From positions 896,001 through 960,000 of the forward strand of contig CAWHBU010000003.1 of the NCBI GenBank assembly GCA_963827685.1: DNA of 64,000 nt, given 5' to 3'. This document shows, piece after piece, positions 38,891-49,672 of this stretch. The position numbers were made by a program, and so were the translations under genes. The notes under the pieces are model-generated. The model had not been told where the DNA came from. It made no database searches and worked only from the letters and a program-made list of their open reading frames with translations. Every line of letters starts with the position of its first letter. The stretch's first letter is position 1. The DNA is from an uncultured delta proteobacterium. Its GTDB lineage: Bacteria > Desulfobacterota > BSN033 > UBA1163.

Positions 38891-39902
38891 TCTCTTCTAA
38901 GAAAGCATCGAGACTATTTTTGAGGGATTCTTCAAGCCCGATCCTGGGTGTCCATCCAAGAAGCTTTTCGGCTTTTTCGATGCTGGGTTTTCGGGTGTAG
39001 ATGTCCTGGTAGCCTTTCCCATAATACGCGTCTGAAGAGGTTTCAACGATTTCGGAAAAAACCTTGTCGTCTCTATGCTTAGGATGGGCCATAAAAATTC
39101 GTTTCAAGAGATGGGCAAGTTCCCTTATGGAACATTCGTTGTCGGGGTTGCCGATGTTGATGATCTGGTTCTTGCAACAACCGTCTTTGTTTTCCAGAAT
39201 TTTCATCAGGGCGCCGATTCCGTCGTCCACATGCGTAAAACATCGCTTTTGATGGCCGCCGTCCACCAGGGATAGGGGCCTCTTCATCAGCAGCTCCGCG
39301 ATGAACTGTGTCACAACCCTGGAACTTCCCTCCTTGGCGGCATCCAAAGAATCTAATCTTGGGCCGATCCAGTTGAAGGGCCTAAACAACGTAAACTCCA
39401 AGCACCCCCGGGTCCCGTAGGCATAGATCACTCGGTCGAGAAGTTGCTTGCAACATGCATAGATCCACCGTTCTTTATGGATGGGTCCGAGGACGAGAAA
39501 GGTTTCATCTTCTTTGAATTCGGGATCGGGGGAGGTACCATAAACTTCTGAGGTGGAAGGAAAGACAACTCTTTTCTCATACCTCACACACTGTTTTACA
39601 ATATTGAGATTCATTTCGAAATCCAGCTGGAAGACTTCCAGCGGATGGGTCAGATAGAGCTTCGGAGTGGCGATAGCCACCAAAGGGATGATGACGTCAC
39701 ATTTTTTGACGTGATACTCGATCCATTCCCAATTGATCGAGATGTCCCCCTCTATGAAATGGAACCGAGAATTGTTGAGGACTCTGTCCAGCCTGTCGGA
39801 GGCGAGGTCCATACCATAGACACTCCAATCCGTTGTATCAAGTATCCGATGGGTTAAATGATGTCCGATGAAACCATTGACGCCCAGTATTAAGATCTTC
39901 AT
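38862..39902 (-). CDS. arnA: UDP-glucuronate decarboxylase/dehydrogenase (ArnA C-terminal domain, stand-alone)
   Basis: [24 protein letters not shown]. Confidence 0.9.
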   Translation of the reverse strand: MKILILGVNGFIGHHLTHRILDTTDWSVYGMDLASDRLDRVLNNSRFHFIEGDISINWEWIEYHVKKCDVIIPLVAIATPKLYLTHPLEVFQLDFEMNLNIVKQCVRYEKRVVFPSTSEVYGTSPDPEFKEDETFLVLGPIHKERWIYACCKQLLDRVIYAYGTRGCLEFTLFRPFNWIGPRLDSLDAAKEGSSRVVTQFIAELLMKRPLSLVDGGHQKRCFTHVDDGIGALMKILENKDGCCKNQIINIGNPDNECSIRELAHLLKRIFMAHPKHRDDKVFSEIVETSSDAYYGKGYQDIYTRKPSIEKAEKLLGWTPRIGLEESLKNSLDAFLEENEDLVGGNK

Positions 39903-40822
39903 TTTAAGACTGCGCCTTTCTGTTTTTTGAAAAATTCAAGGATCTTGTGGCCATTCATCCTCTGCTTACCCACTTCGATATCCAACAGTCTCAATCTTCC
40001 ATCAGACACCCTGACGTACACATTGTCTTCTTCAAACTCCAAGGTACCCACAGGGCGATTCGAGACGCTGTCCTCTTCAGGCAAGGCCCACCAGATGAAC
40101 AACTTTTCACCTTCGGGAAGATGGGTGAAGGCTCCCGGATAGGGCTCTGTGACAGCCCTCACCAAATTGTAAATTTGCATGACCGGCCAACTCCAGTCTA
40201 TCTTTCCGTCCTCAGGCCTCCGCCCTCCATAATAGCTCCCTTGTCTCAAGTTCTGCGCCACACGGGGGGCACTCCCTTTTTGGATAAGCGGAAGCACCTC
40301 TTCAAGGAGCTCCTTTGCCTTCACACAAAGCTTTTGGTAAAGCGTATAGGCGGTATCTTCAAATTCGATGAGCACTTCTTTCTGCCCAACAATATCCCCA
40401 GCATCAGGCGCTTCGACAATGTGATGTAAGGTGACACCCGTTCGTCGTTCCCCGTTCAGAAGAACCCAATTTACCGGACACCGCCCCCGATAGGCTGGGA
40501 GCATCGATCCGTGGAGATTAAAGGAGCCCGCGGATGGAATCATTAAGATGTCTCTGCCCAAGAGGTTCCGATAATAAAATGAAAAAATAACTTCGGGCGA
40601 GATGTTACGGATCGTCTCGATCCATTCGGGCGTGTTGACATTTTCAGGACAGAATACCGGGATCCGGTTTTTCTTTCCCCATTCGGCAACGGAGCCAAAC
40701 CAGATGTTCTCCTCCGGATCATCAAGATGAGAAAAAATCGCCTGAATATCGAATTCTCCCCGCACTAAGGCCTCAAGGCCAGCCATTCCTATATTATGAT
40801 ACGCGAATACGACGGCCTTCAT
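39899..40822 (-). CDS. arnA: UDP-L-Ara4N formyltransferase (ArnA N-terminal domain, stand-alone)
   Basis: [26 protein letters not shown]. Confidence 0.9.
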   Translation of the reverse strand: MKAVVFAYHNIGMAGLEALVRGEFDIQAIFSHLDDPEENIWFGSVAEWGKKNRIPVFCPENVNTPEWIETIRNISPEVIFSFYYRNLLGRDILMIPSAGSFNLHGSMLPAYRGRCPVNWVLLNGERRTGVTLHHIVEAPDAGDIVGQKEVLIEFEDTAYTLYQKLCVKAKELLEEVLPLIQKGSAPRVAQNLRQGSYYGGRRPEDGKIDWSWPVMQIYNLVRAVTEPYPGAFTHLPEGEKLFIWWALPEEDSVSNRPVGTLEFEEDNVYVRVSDGRLRLLDIEVGKQRMNGHKILEFFKKQKGAVLK

Positions 40823-41759
40823 CCGTGGGATAAATCCTCTCAATCGTGTACTCCGGTCTTCTCCTGACTTCCCTGTATATTCGACCGATATATTCGCCCA
40901 TCACCCCCAGAGCGAAAAACTGGAAACCCACAAAAGCAAAGAGGATGGAGAAGAGCGTAAAAACACCTTCAGCAGCCCAGCGTGCACCGTAGATAATCCG
41001 GGCAATACCCAAAACGACGCCAAGGGAGATCCCCAAGAACGCCATGCCGATACCGGCATACATGATAAACTTCAATGGAAAATCGGAGAATGAGGAGACC
41101 AAGTCAAACTGAAGATTGATGAGCTTTCGCAAGGAGTAATGGGATTCTCCGCCATGCCTCGCTTCATGAACCACCTCAATCTCTGTCACTTTTTTGGCAA
41201 AGTAGGTCGCCAGTGCCGGAATGAAGGTGGAGTGTTCATGACAGGTCACCATCCGCTCCACAATATTTCTCCGGTAGGCCCGCAGCATGCACCCCCAGTC
41301 TGACATATTCACCTTTGTGATCTTCCGTGTGATCACGTTGATAATGCGGGAGGGGAAAGTTCTGAAGAAGGAATCCTTTCGTTCCTTTCTGATCGTGCCC
41401 ACCACATCGTAGTTCCCTTCCTCCATCACCCTTATAAGATTTGGAATTTCCTCGGGGGGATTTTGGAGGTCAGCATCTAAAGTGATCACGATGTCCCCTC
41501 GGACGACAGAAAACCCTGAAAAAATAGCTGCATGCTGCCCATAGTTCCTCGTTAGTTCTACAACCTTTACTTCAGGGTAAATCAAGAAACTTTTCAAGAT
41601 CGAAAGGGTGTTATCCCGACTTCCGTCATCCACGAAAATAATTTCGTAACTCTTTCCCATCTTTTGCATGACAGGCTTGAGTCGTTCAAGCAGGTGGGGC
41701 AGGTTTGCCTCCTCGTTATATACTGGAATGACCAGAGAGATCATCGCTTCGCTATCCAT
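40794..41759 (-). CDS. arnC: Undecaprenyl-phosphate L-Ara4FN transferase (GT2)
   Basis: IPVYNEE, DDGS, RNYGQH, DADLQNPPEEIP, two C-terminal TM. Confidence 0.9.
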   Translation of the reverse strand: MDSEAMISLVIPVYNEEANLPHLLERLKPVMQKMGKSYEIIFVDDGSRDNTLSILKSFLIYPEVKVVELTRNYGQHAAIFSGFSVVRGDIVITLDADLQNPPEEIPNLIRVMEEGNYDVVGTIRKERKDSFFRTFPSRIINVITRKITKVNMSDWGCMLRAYRRNIVERMVTCHEHSTFIPALATYFAKKVTEIEVVHEARHGGESHYSLRKLINLQFDLVSSFSDFPLKFIMYAGIGMAFLGISLGVVLGIARIIYGARWAAEGVFTLFSILFAFVGFQFFALGVMGEYIGRIYREVRRRPEYTIERIYPTDEGRRIRVS

Positions 41760-41906
41760 CTTCTAACCTCAAAGTTGCATAGAAAACACTGTCAAAGGCA
41801 GGTGGGTGTGCTGGGCCACCTTAGGTAAAATTGCGTGTTCCCCATAAAATATAAACCGCATTATAAAGTTTTGGAAGCACACTCACCTGCCGATTTTGTG
41901 CAATGT

Positions 41907-43052
41907 TTAGGTTAAGATCTCCCGAACGGCTTCGCATACATAAGAAACATCCTCTTCCTTCATATCAGGAAATAAAGGCAGGGATACCAGTTTGTCGTTG
42001 GCCCGTTCCGTTTCTTTCAACTCTCCCTTCTTTATCTTATATCGTTTCTGGATATAGCTCAAGCGATGTCCAGCGGGGAAATGAATTCCATATCCGATCT
42101 GGTATTCGGACAATCTCTGCATAAAACGCTCTCGATCCATAGAGATAACTTTGATGACAAAGAGGTGCCATGCGTGCGTATGGCTGTAGGTCGGTACACC
42201 CGGTAATTCCAACCCCTCCACCCCCTCTAACCATTTCCTGTATAGATCAGCCAGTTGCCTTCTACGGTCATTCAGTTCCTCCAGCCTGGAAAGTTGAGCA
42301 AGACCCAGTGCGGCTTGGATATCGGTTAGATTATATTTAAATCCCGGTGTCTGAATGTCATATTCAGGGTTCCCTCCCTTACCGTATCGTTTCCATGCGT
42401 CCCGTTCAATACCATGAAATCTGAGAAGTTTCAATCGGCTTTCAAGGCGATCATCACTATGCGTGATCATGCCCCCTTCGCCGGTCGTGATGTTTTTAAT
42501 TGGATGAAAGGAGAAGATAGCCATCTGCCCCCACCCTCCTACATGGACGCCCTTATAATAAGTGCCAAGACCGTGCGCTGCATCTTCGATGACAAATAGG
42601 TCATACTTCTTGGCAACACCCAGGATCTTATCCATGTCGACCGGGGCCCCTGCAAAATGGACCGGGACGATGGCCTTCGTTTTCTCTGTAATCTTTCCCT
42701 CAATAAGATCGACATTTATATTCAACGTATCGTAATGAATGTCGACAAAAACCGGCTTCGCCCCCAAAAGCGTTATCATATTCAACGTGGAAGCAAACGT
42801 CATGGACGGAGTAATAATCTCATCCCCTCGTTTTATGTCCAAGCCCAGCAACATGAGGTGCATGCCAGCCGTGCCAGACGAAAGAGAAAGAGCATGCGAG
42901 GCACCTGTGAGTTCACAGAATTTCTCCTCAAAGGCCTTGCAGAGTGGGCCCGTGGTGATCCAACCCGACTTTAGACAAGAAACAACTTTCTCTATCTCCT
43001 TTTCACCGATCGATGGCCGGCTCAAAGGCAGAAAATCTTTCCTGATCTCCAT
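41907..43052 (-). CDS. arnB: UDP-4-amino-4-deoxy-L-arabinose aminotransferase (DegT family)
   Basis: FLPLSRP, SGWITTGP, EDAAH, FSFHPIKN. Confidence 0.9.
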   Translation of the reverse strand: MEIRKDFLPLSRPSIGEKEIEKVVSCLKSGWITTGPLCKAFEEKFCELTGASHALSLSSGTAGMHLMLLGLDIKRGDEIITPSMTFASTLNMITLLGAKPVFVDIHYDTLNINVDLIEGKITEKTKAIVPVHFAGAPVDMDKILGVAKKYDLFVIEDAAHGLGTYYKGVHVGGWGQMAIFSFHPIKNITTGEGGMITHSDDRLESRLKLLRFHGIERDAWKRYGKGGNPEYDIQTPGFKYNLTDIQAALGLAQLSRLEELNDRRRQLADLYRKWLEGVEGLELPGVPTYSHTHAWHLFVIKVISMDRERFMQRLSEYQIGYGIHFPAGHRLSYIQKRYKIKKGELKETERANDKLVSLPLFPDMKEEDVSYVCEAVREILT

Positions 43053-43414
43053 TAGACACAATCCAAATCTTCGCCCCTTCGGCGGCGCGAAGCTTCGTCT
43101 TTGAAGGCGGTGTGAAAAGCGCCGCTCAGGGTGAACCCTGAGCGAAGCCGCGGCCTTTAGGCCCAGGAGTCGAAGGGTTCATTCGGGTTTGACATCGGAA
43201 TCGCGGAAGACAAAATGGTCTGTCATCCCAGAGGACTTCTGTGGTGCGAACCCTCTTTTTTGATTCCGCCACATTTTTTATAGCCCATTACACAGTAAAT
43301 GTCACCATTTTCTTCACAATGCCGATCTACCCCAGATGTGACATACTTGACGATCCAGTGGAACGTGGGTTACTAATCAGGTTGTCACAAGTGATCATAA
43401 AAAAGGAGAAATAA

Positions 43415-43777
43415 ATGAAACCAGCATGGTTACTCTTGATAGCCGTATGTTCGGCCACTTTAGGTCAGATATTCTTCAAAAAAGGCGTTTTTATGACAGG
43501 AGAGATAACTCTGAAGGGATCTGTGATAGGAGAATTATTTATGCTCGTACTGAATCCCTTCATTTTTTCCGGATTGGTCCTCTACATACTCAGCACGATC
43601 ATTTGGCTCATTGCGCTGTCTAAAACGAGCTTAAGTTTTGTCTACCCTTTTGCCTCTCTCATATTTGTTTTGGTGATGCTCTCGGCCCGTTTTGTCTTCC
43701 TTGAACCTGTCCCACCCTTACGCTACGTTGGGATCGCAGTGATTTGTGTTGGATTCTTACTATCATCACTGGCCTAA
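43415..43777 (+). CDS. EamA/SMR-type small transporter (ArnE/F-like flippase subunit)
   Basis: Four TM, LSFVYP; arn context. Confidence 0.75.
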   Translation: MKPAWLLLIAVCSATLGQIFFKKGVFMTGEITLKGSVIGELFMLVLNPFIFSGLVLYILSTIIWLIALSKTSLSFVYPFASLIFVLVMLSARFVFLEPVPPLRYVGIAVICVGFLLSSLA

Positions 43778-43803
43778 AGAAAACCCTCTTCGTGAGGATC
43801 AGA

Positions 43804-45312
43804 ATGGACGCAACCCCAACTCCCAAAACAAGCGATCCAGATTTCAATATCCCAGAGTCGCCTCCCGAAAAAAGGAAGAAGCGCAGGTTACCTGCGTGGC
43901 TGTTTCTCCTCATTTTCACGTTTTCCCTCGGAATCATCTCCATTTTGAATTGTGAGCTTTCGATTCATGACACGGCGAGAGTGGCTGGGATTGCCCGGGA
44001 GATGGCTTTCACCGGCAACTATTTCATCCCAAGACTCAACGGCCAGAATTTTCTCGAATACCCTTCGCTCGGATATTTGCCCATCGCCTTCTTCCTGTCA
44101 GCGAGCAAAAATCCACCTGACTTCCTTGCTATCCTTCCTATAGCGCTCTTAGGAACCGCAACGGTTCTTCTCACTTTTTTGATCGGAAAAGTATTAGCGA
44201 ATGAACGCGTAGGTCTCATCGCCGGGTTTATCCTCGCCACGATGTCGGGGTTTTTCATACTTCACCGGCGGTGTCTGGTCGACCCAACGCTTCTCTTCTT
44301 CACAGTGCTCAGCCTCTATGGCTTCGTTACCGGTTATCAAACTCCTGGAAGGCGTTTCCGTTTTTTTGCAATCTTCTACCTGGCCATGGCCGGAGGCTTC
44401 CTTTCCAAGGGGTTGATCGGGATGGCCGTTCCCGCGGGCACAGCACTTATCTTTTTGATCGTAAGAAAGGATTTTGCTGCTATCCGAAAACTCTATCTTG
44501 GCCGGGGAATTCTTCTCTTTCTTCTCCCAATCGCTCTGTGGATGGGCGGAGTATGGTGGCTCGAAGGGCCTGATTTAATCAAAGAAGTGGTCCGACAAAG
44601 CTTGTGGCGGTTTCTCTCATCCTCGGCTGACCATTCAGAGTTAGTCCATTTCTATTTTATTCCTGTCCTCCTGAACACCCTCCCCTGGACGCTCCTGCCG
44701 CTGGTTTGGCTTTGGTATCGATGGAGGCGTCCCCGATCGGAGAAATCTTCGTCGCTGAATCTTCTTTCCCTTTTTGCGCTGGTCTGGTTTCTGACCATTT
44801 TCGTCGGACTTTCAATGGCTTCAGCCAAACGGACCCTCTACATCGCACCCCTTTATCCTCCCTCTGCTTTGCTGGCGGCCTTTGCATGGGCTCGCCTTTG
44901 TGAAAAGTTCCCAGGCGTGAAGCGCCTTGAAACCTATGGAATGATCATCCTTTTCTTCGCCTACATCAGCGTCCATTTCATTATCCTTCTTCCGTCTGAA
45001 AAGAAGGATAGTTTCCGACCGGTCTTTGAGGTCGTCAGAAGTCAACGAGGCCATGGTCCTGTTTATCTCTACGGGGGTTCAGAGGCTCTTCAGGGTGCAG
45101 CGGTTTTCTACATGGGAGAGACCGTACCCCTGCGTAATAAAACGGACCTATTGCAGGAAGGATTCGAGGCACCCTCAGGAACGATTCTTATCATCCCTTT
45201 CCTCTCAGGTGATGAACAGCTCCTTGCTAGTCTTCGGGCAAAGGGATTCCGCCTTCTCACGGAGAAGACCATCAGAAAAATATCGCTCCAGATTTATTCG
45301 AATAGCCCCTAA
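43804..45312 (+). CDS. arnT: ArnT-like membrane glycosyltransferase
   Basis: R.AGIAREM, PRLNG..FLEYP, LSKG, SAKRTLY; many TM. Confidence 0.8.
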   Translation: MDATPTPKTSDPDFNIPESPPEKRKKRRLPAWLFLLIFTFSLGIISILNCELSIHDTARVAGIAREMAFTGNYFIPRLNGQNFLEYPSLGYLPIAFFLSASKNPPDFLAILPIALLGTATVLLTFLIGKVLANERVGLIAGFILATMSGFFILHRRCLVDPTLLFFTVLSLYGFVTGYQTPGRRFRFFAIFYLAMAGGFLSKGLIGMAVPAGTALIFLIVRKDFAAIRKLYLGRGILLFLLPIALWMGGVWWLEGPDLIKEVVRQSLWRFLSSSADHSELVHFYFIPVLLNTLPWTLLPLVWLWYRWRRPRSEKSSSLNLLSLFALVWFLTIFVGLSMASAKRTLYIAPLYPPSALLAAFAWARLCEKFPGVKRLETYGMIILFFAYISVHFIILLPSEKKDSFRPVFEVVRSQRGHGPVYLYGGSEALQGAAVFYMGETVPLRNKTDLLQEGFEAPSGTILIIPFLSGDEQLLASLRAKGFRLLTEKTIRKISLQIYSNSP

Positions 45313-45385
45313 GGAATCCGTGAAGCATCCTAACCCCCCTTCATCCCCCCTTAACTTAAGGGGGGAATAGAGGGGGGTTAAGGGT

Positions 45386-46318
45386 TCACTTTATTTCGTA
45401 ATAGATTGAATCTCCAAATAGACGAGATCGGATCTTCCCTTCTTCAACCAAAGGTCTGATGTGTCTGTCCAATTCACTCTGTGGAATTCCCATCCCTTTG
45501 GAGAGGTCAGATAGCGAAAGGGGCCTTCTTTTCAGAATCTTCAGTATCTCCTCTTTGATATCCATCTCCGAAACCATGGATGGATGGCGGTCAAATTCAG
45601 AGATGATCGAAGCCTTTTCCCCGAAGAATGCCCTAATCTCTTCCATCTCCTTTTGATTCAAAGGGACTGCCCATTTTTCAGAAGGAGGTCGAACCACCGT
45701 GTTAAGGTGGATGAGATCAGGTTGGATTCGATCAACCACCTTCTTCATTCTCAAAAGTTCTTCTTTGCCATCATTGACGCCTTTACAGAACAAGATCTCT
45801 AACCAAATCTGACCTTTGTAAACCTTTCTGAATTCAACCAACCCTTCGATCACCTTTTCAATAGAAAACCCTGGGCGGGGACGATTGATCTTCATGAAAA
45901 CTTCTGACGATACAGCATCTAACGAAGGAAGCACAATATCCGCACGGAGGAGATCTCGCCTGACCTCTTCATCATAGAGTAGAGAGCCGTTCGTGATGAC
46001 AGCAATTGGGATGGAGGTGATGACTTTGATCCCTTCTATGATTGAACGGATTTGGGAATGGAGGGTTGGTTCTCCGGACCCGGAAAGGGAGAGATGGTCG
46101 ATGGAGGGAGTCCCTTCTTTAAGAAACCGTTCCACCTCTTCTATAATTTCTCTAACCGGAACATATTCTTTTCTTGCCAGGGTTTTTTCTGTTGTGCTTC
46201 CAATCTGGCAGTAGATGCAGTCGTAGGTACAGATTTTGTGGGGCACGAGGTCAATCCCGAGCGACTTCCCCAATCTTCTGGAAGGAACGGGACCATAAAG
46301 ATAGCGATAAGCTTTCAT
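45386..46318 (-). CDS. Radical SAM protein
   Basis: YGPVPSRRLG, CTYDCIYC, GSGEP. Confidence 0.92.
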   Translation of the reverse strand: MKAYRYLYGPVPSRRLGKSLGIDLVPHKICTYDCIYCQIGSTTEKTLARKEYVPVREIIEEVERFLKEGTPSIDHLSLSGSGEPTLHSQIRSIIEGIKVITSIPIAVITNGSLLYDEEVRRDLLRADIVLPSLDAVSSEVFMKINRPRPGFSIEKVIEGLVEFRKVYKGQIWLEILFCKGVNDGKEELLRMKKVVDRIQPDLIHLNTVVRPPSEKWAVPLNQKEMEEIRAFFGEKASIISEFDRHPSMVSEMDIKEEILKILKRRPLSLSDLSKGMGIPQSELDRHIRPLVEEGKIRSRLFGDSIYYEIK

Positions 46319-46354
46319 TCTTTCTTCGCTATGCCCTATGCGCTTTGCGATTGT

Positions 46355-47560
46355 TTATGCTCCGAATTTTTTTAACTTCAGTCCGTTGGCTAACATCAAT
46401 GGAATGATATCCTTGGCTGGAAACCTGCTCAGTTGTCCCCTCTGACAATGTCGCTCGGTGAAGCGCCGGAGGCCGTCAGGTCGGACATAATTTGAAAAAA
46501 GAAGGATGGGACTGGGATGCCAACTGTGAGATTTTAAGAGAGCGGGAGTAGAATGATCTCCCGTGATGACTAAGACATCGGGTTTCAGTTTGAAAATGGA
46601 GGGCAGGACCCGGTCTATCTCCTCAATCGCTTTCACCTTCATCTTGAAATTTCCATCTTCGCCGGCCATATCCGGTTTCTTGAAATGGATATAAAAGAAG
46701 TCATAGCTGTCAAAATAATTCTTCAGGGTCTCCACTTCTTCCCGAGGAGTTTCTCCTGTCTTCAAAATCTCCATTCCGACCAGCCTCGCGAGCCCACGGT
46801 ACATCGGGTAGGTCGCGATGGCAGCAGGTCGAAGTTTAAACTTTTCTGACATCGTCGGGATATGCGGAATCTTCGAAAATCCTCTGAGTAGGATCGTATT
46901 GGCAGGATGAAATGATTTGAGGGCTTCAGTGGCCCGCTTCAAATAAAGGTTGACGATTTCAGCCGTCTTTCGGGCCTCCTGAGAAAGCCCTTCTGCCCCT
47001 TTTGCTTTGAGACCATCTTTCTGGGGATCGGCATCGGTCAGATCATCCCTCAAGCCCTCTCCTCGAAAAACAAGGACGAACCGATGCTCCTTGCCAGGAT
47101 AAATAGAAATGCGAACTCCTTCGATCTCTTTGATTTCATTTCCGAGGAACTCACAAACTTCTCTGTTCTTGTCGGTCGGAATTCTTCCGGCTCTTCGATC
47201 GACAACGATTCCTTGATCATCGATGGTTGCAAAATTGCCTCTAGCTGCCAGATCGTCCCTGCTCAGTGGAATATCGATCCCCAAAGCCTCCATCACCCCT
47301 CTTCCGATCTCGTAGCGAAATGGGTCGTAACCAAAGAGGGCTAGATGGGAAGGACCGCTCCCCGGCGTGATCCCGTAGGAGACAGGATCGATCAATCCAC
47401 AGACCGATTTTGGAGTGAACCGATCGAGGTTCGGGGTCTTCGCTGCCTCCAGTTCTGTCTTCCCTCGGACGGGCAATCCACCAATCCCATCGATCACCAC
47501 CATTACCAACTTTGATTCCGTTTGAATCACCAGGGACTGAAGAACCTCTTCCTTGGTCAT
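46355..47560 (-). CDS. apgM: 2,3-BPG-independent phosphoglycerate mutase (ApgM type)
   Basis: DGIG, TPNLD, PGSGPSHL, DRRAGRI, GDHSTP. Confidence 0.92.
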   Translation of the reverse strand: MTKEEVLQSLVIQTESKLVMVVIDGIGGLPVRGKTELEAAKTPNLDRFTPKSVCGLIDPVSYGITPGSGPSHLALFGYDPFRYEIGRGVMEALGIDIPLSRDDLAARGNFATIDDQGIVVDRRAGRIPTDKNREVCEFLGNEIKEIEGVRISIYPGKEHRFVLVFRGEGLRDDLTDADPQKDGLKAKGAEGLSQEARKTAEIVNLYLKRATEALKSFHPANTILLRGFSKIPHIPTMSEKFKLRPAAIATYPMYRGLARLVGMEILKTGETPREEVETLKNYFDSYDFFYIHFKKPDMAGEDGNFKMKVKAIEEIDRVLPSIFKLKPDVLVITGDHSTPALLKSHSWHPSPILLFSNYVRPDGLRRFTERHCQRGQLSRFPAKDIIPLMLANGLKLKKFGA

Positions 47561-47921
47561 AGCCTCCCTCCCTCTTTTGATCCAGATATCCCCTCTCCAC
47601 CAGAGTATGTAGCGTCGGCATTCCTGCCTGCCGGCCGGCGGGTATTGCCGACAAAAACTTTCGCCCCCAGTTAATGGGGACGCTACGTCTGGTAAAAAAT
47701 TCCACTAAAAAATGTCAAATGCCAGGGGTCGCACGAAGTGATGAACCAAAGGTAAATCAATGTCAAATCAAATCCAAATCCCAAGCGAGATGCCGAAATC
47801 CTTAGATCCTGAATTAAATTCAGGACCTGGTTCGGCATGACGAGGATGTCATTCTGAACTCGTTTCAGAATCTGATTTTGAACTTTGACATTCATTTGAC
47901 ATTTGGATTTGAGATTTGGAT

Positions 47922-48473
47922 TTATTCTTTCCCAGCATATTTTTCATAAAAAATAAATTCAGACGGTTCTTTCCTCTTCGAAGTGCTCCCTTCTGTGGCT
48001 GGGTATCCCAGAGGGGTCATGGCCACCACTTCTACGCTTTCAGGAACTCCCAAAATTTCCTCCGCTTTTTTATGATCGAACCTCCCCACAATCACTGTGC
48101 CCAAACCCACGGAATGGGCAGCCAAACAGAGATTCTGCATGGCAATCCCCGTATCGAACATCACCCAATCCCCCTTCACTGTAACTGCCTCGCCTTTCTT
48201 AAAACCAGAGACTCCTTTCTTCCCACACAGGACAATTATAATCGGCGCATCAGTCATTGAGGAGAGCGATGGGTTCGTCTTGTTAAGTGTCGTTGCCAAC
48301 TCGGATTTAATCTTCGGATCTTTTACAACAATCACCTCCCAACATTGGGTATTGGCCCAAGAGGGAGCCCACCTCACCGCCTCTACTAACACACGCATTG
48401 TTTCTTCAGGGACAGGATCGGGCTTGTATCTTCGAATGCTCCGTCTTCCCTTGATCGCTTCTATGAGATCCAT
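47922..48473 (-). CDS. Nitroreductase family protein
   Basis: RRSIRRY, APSWANTQ, GLGT, LGYP. Confidence 0.92.
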   Translation of the reverse strand: MDLIEAIKGRRSIRRYKPDPVPEETMRVLVEAVRWAPSWANTQCWEVIVVKDPKIKSELATTLNKTNPSLSSMTDAPIIIVLCGKKGVSGFKKGEAVTVKGDWVMFDTGIAMQNLCLAAHSVGLGTVIVGRFDHKKAEEILGVPESVEVVAMTPLGYPATEGSTSKRKEPSEFIFYEKYAGKE

Positions 48474-48623
48474 ATCATTCTCCTTCGTTTTCTTTTATGA
48501 TTATCCCATAATCAGCCCTTTGTAAAGTGGATGTTGATTTTTTAAATGAGCCCGGAAGAATAAACAGGGGGGATTAAAAGAAGTCAATCATCGAAGGCAA
48601 AAAATATCGTTCTGACGGCCCTT

Positions 48624-48998
48624 CTATCCTTTGCTGTACGTGTGATGAAGGCCGTGATCTTTTTCAGAAACCACAGCATGCTCCATCTCGTCTGTCATTG
48701 CCGCACCGTGACGGTACTGGAAGGGCCACATACTCTTAGGGTCGAAAAAAGCGACACGGTCGCCCTCGTGCAGGATGTGACTTAGATCGGGTTGCAGCCC
48801 GGGCATGGCACTCAACCGCCCATTGATGAAAGTGATTCCCCGCTGCCCGGTGGGCATCTTCAGACGGGAGAGCAGGTCGGCCATAGTGCTCCTTTCAGGA
48901 AGGCGTATCCGTAAATTGGCAAAACTCCCGTTCCCTTTCCCACCTCCGTAGCGCGACAGCGTGCCGTACAGCCAAACGTCCAAAACAATGCCTACCAC
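48624..48998 (-). CDS. MoaD/ThiS-like protein with a C-terminal extension and no terminal GG
   Basis: Ubiquitin-like pattern ITFING...LHEGDRVAFF. Confidence 0.7.
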   Translation of the reverse strand: MVGIVLDVWLYGTLSRYGGGKGNGSFANLRIRLPERSTMADLLSRLKMPTGQRGITFINGRLSAMPGLQPDLSHILHEGDRVAFFDPKSMWPFQYRHGAAMTDEMEHAVVSEKDHGLHHTYSKG

Positions 48999-48999
48999 C

Positions 49000-49239
49000 T
49001 TATCCTCCTCCGATTAACGGAAAAATGCCTACCTCATCACCAGGCTCCAGAGGCCAATCGATAGGACAGGCGCGCCCCTTGACAAAAAACAACTTCACTT
49101 CTTCACGAGGCAATTTCAGACGATTTACCAGGTCAACCATCGTAGCGCTTTCGGGTACCTCGATTTCGAAGGGGATCCCTGGTGCCGCATTGCCGTAATA
49201 ACGACTCAAAGACGCATAGAGTTTTACTCGGACTCGCAT
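49000..49239 (-). CDS. MoaD/ThiS sulfur carrier
   Basis: C-terminal FPLIGGG; GAGG RBS; next to AOR. Confidence 0.85.
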   Translation of the reverse strand: MRVRVKLYASLSRYYGNAAPGIPFEIEVPESATMVDLVNRLKLPREEVKLFFVKGRACPIDWPLEPGDEVGIFPLIGGG

Positions 49240-49672
49240 CGCTACCTCATGGACACCGCACGATGTCCTGCCCCCAGAGACAATCAGCGCAGGATGGGTT
49301 CCATCCTCGGCATCCCCCATGGCTATCGCACTTCGGCTGGCGTAGGAAGGCCAGTGCGCAAGCGATGCCTCATTTATCCGTAGCGACGATGCGGCAGGGG
49401 TGCTGAGAAAGCTCTATAGCGGACACTTCTTAACGCGATCTGCTTGGGATGAAAAATCCTGCAAGTTCCCCTTTCTCCGAATGGCGATATTGGCCCATAA
49501 AATACTAATGATCCGCTTGTTAAAACTTTCGAAGCATCCCTGCCGCATCACTGCTGTCGGGAACGAACCTCTCGAACCCATCACTGAGCCATTTCGTGCG
49601 CAGGCGTGAATTCCCTCGAAAGTGAACGAAAAGCGGGCAGGGCGGAAACCGCCCTGCCCGGCAGAAGCGCCT

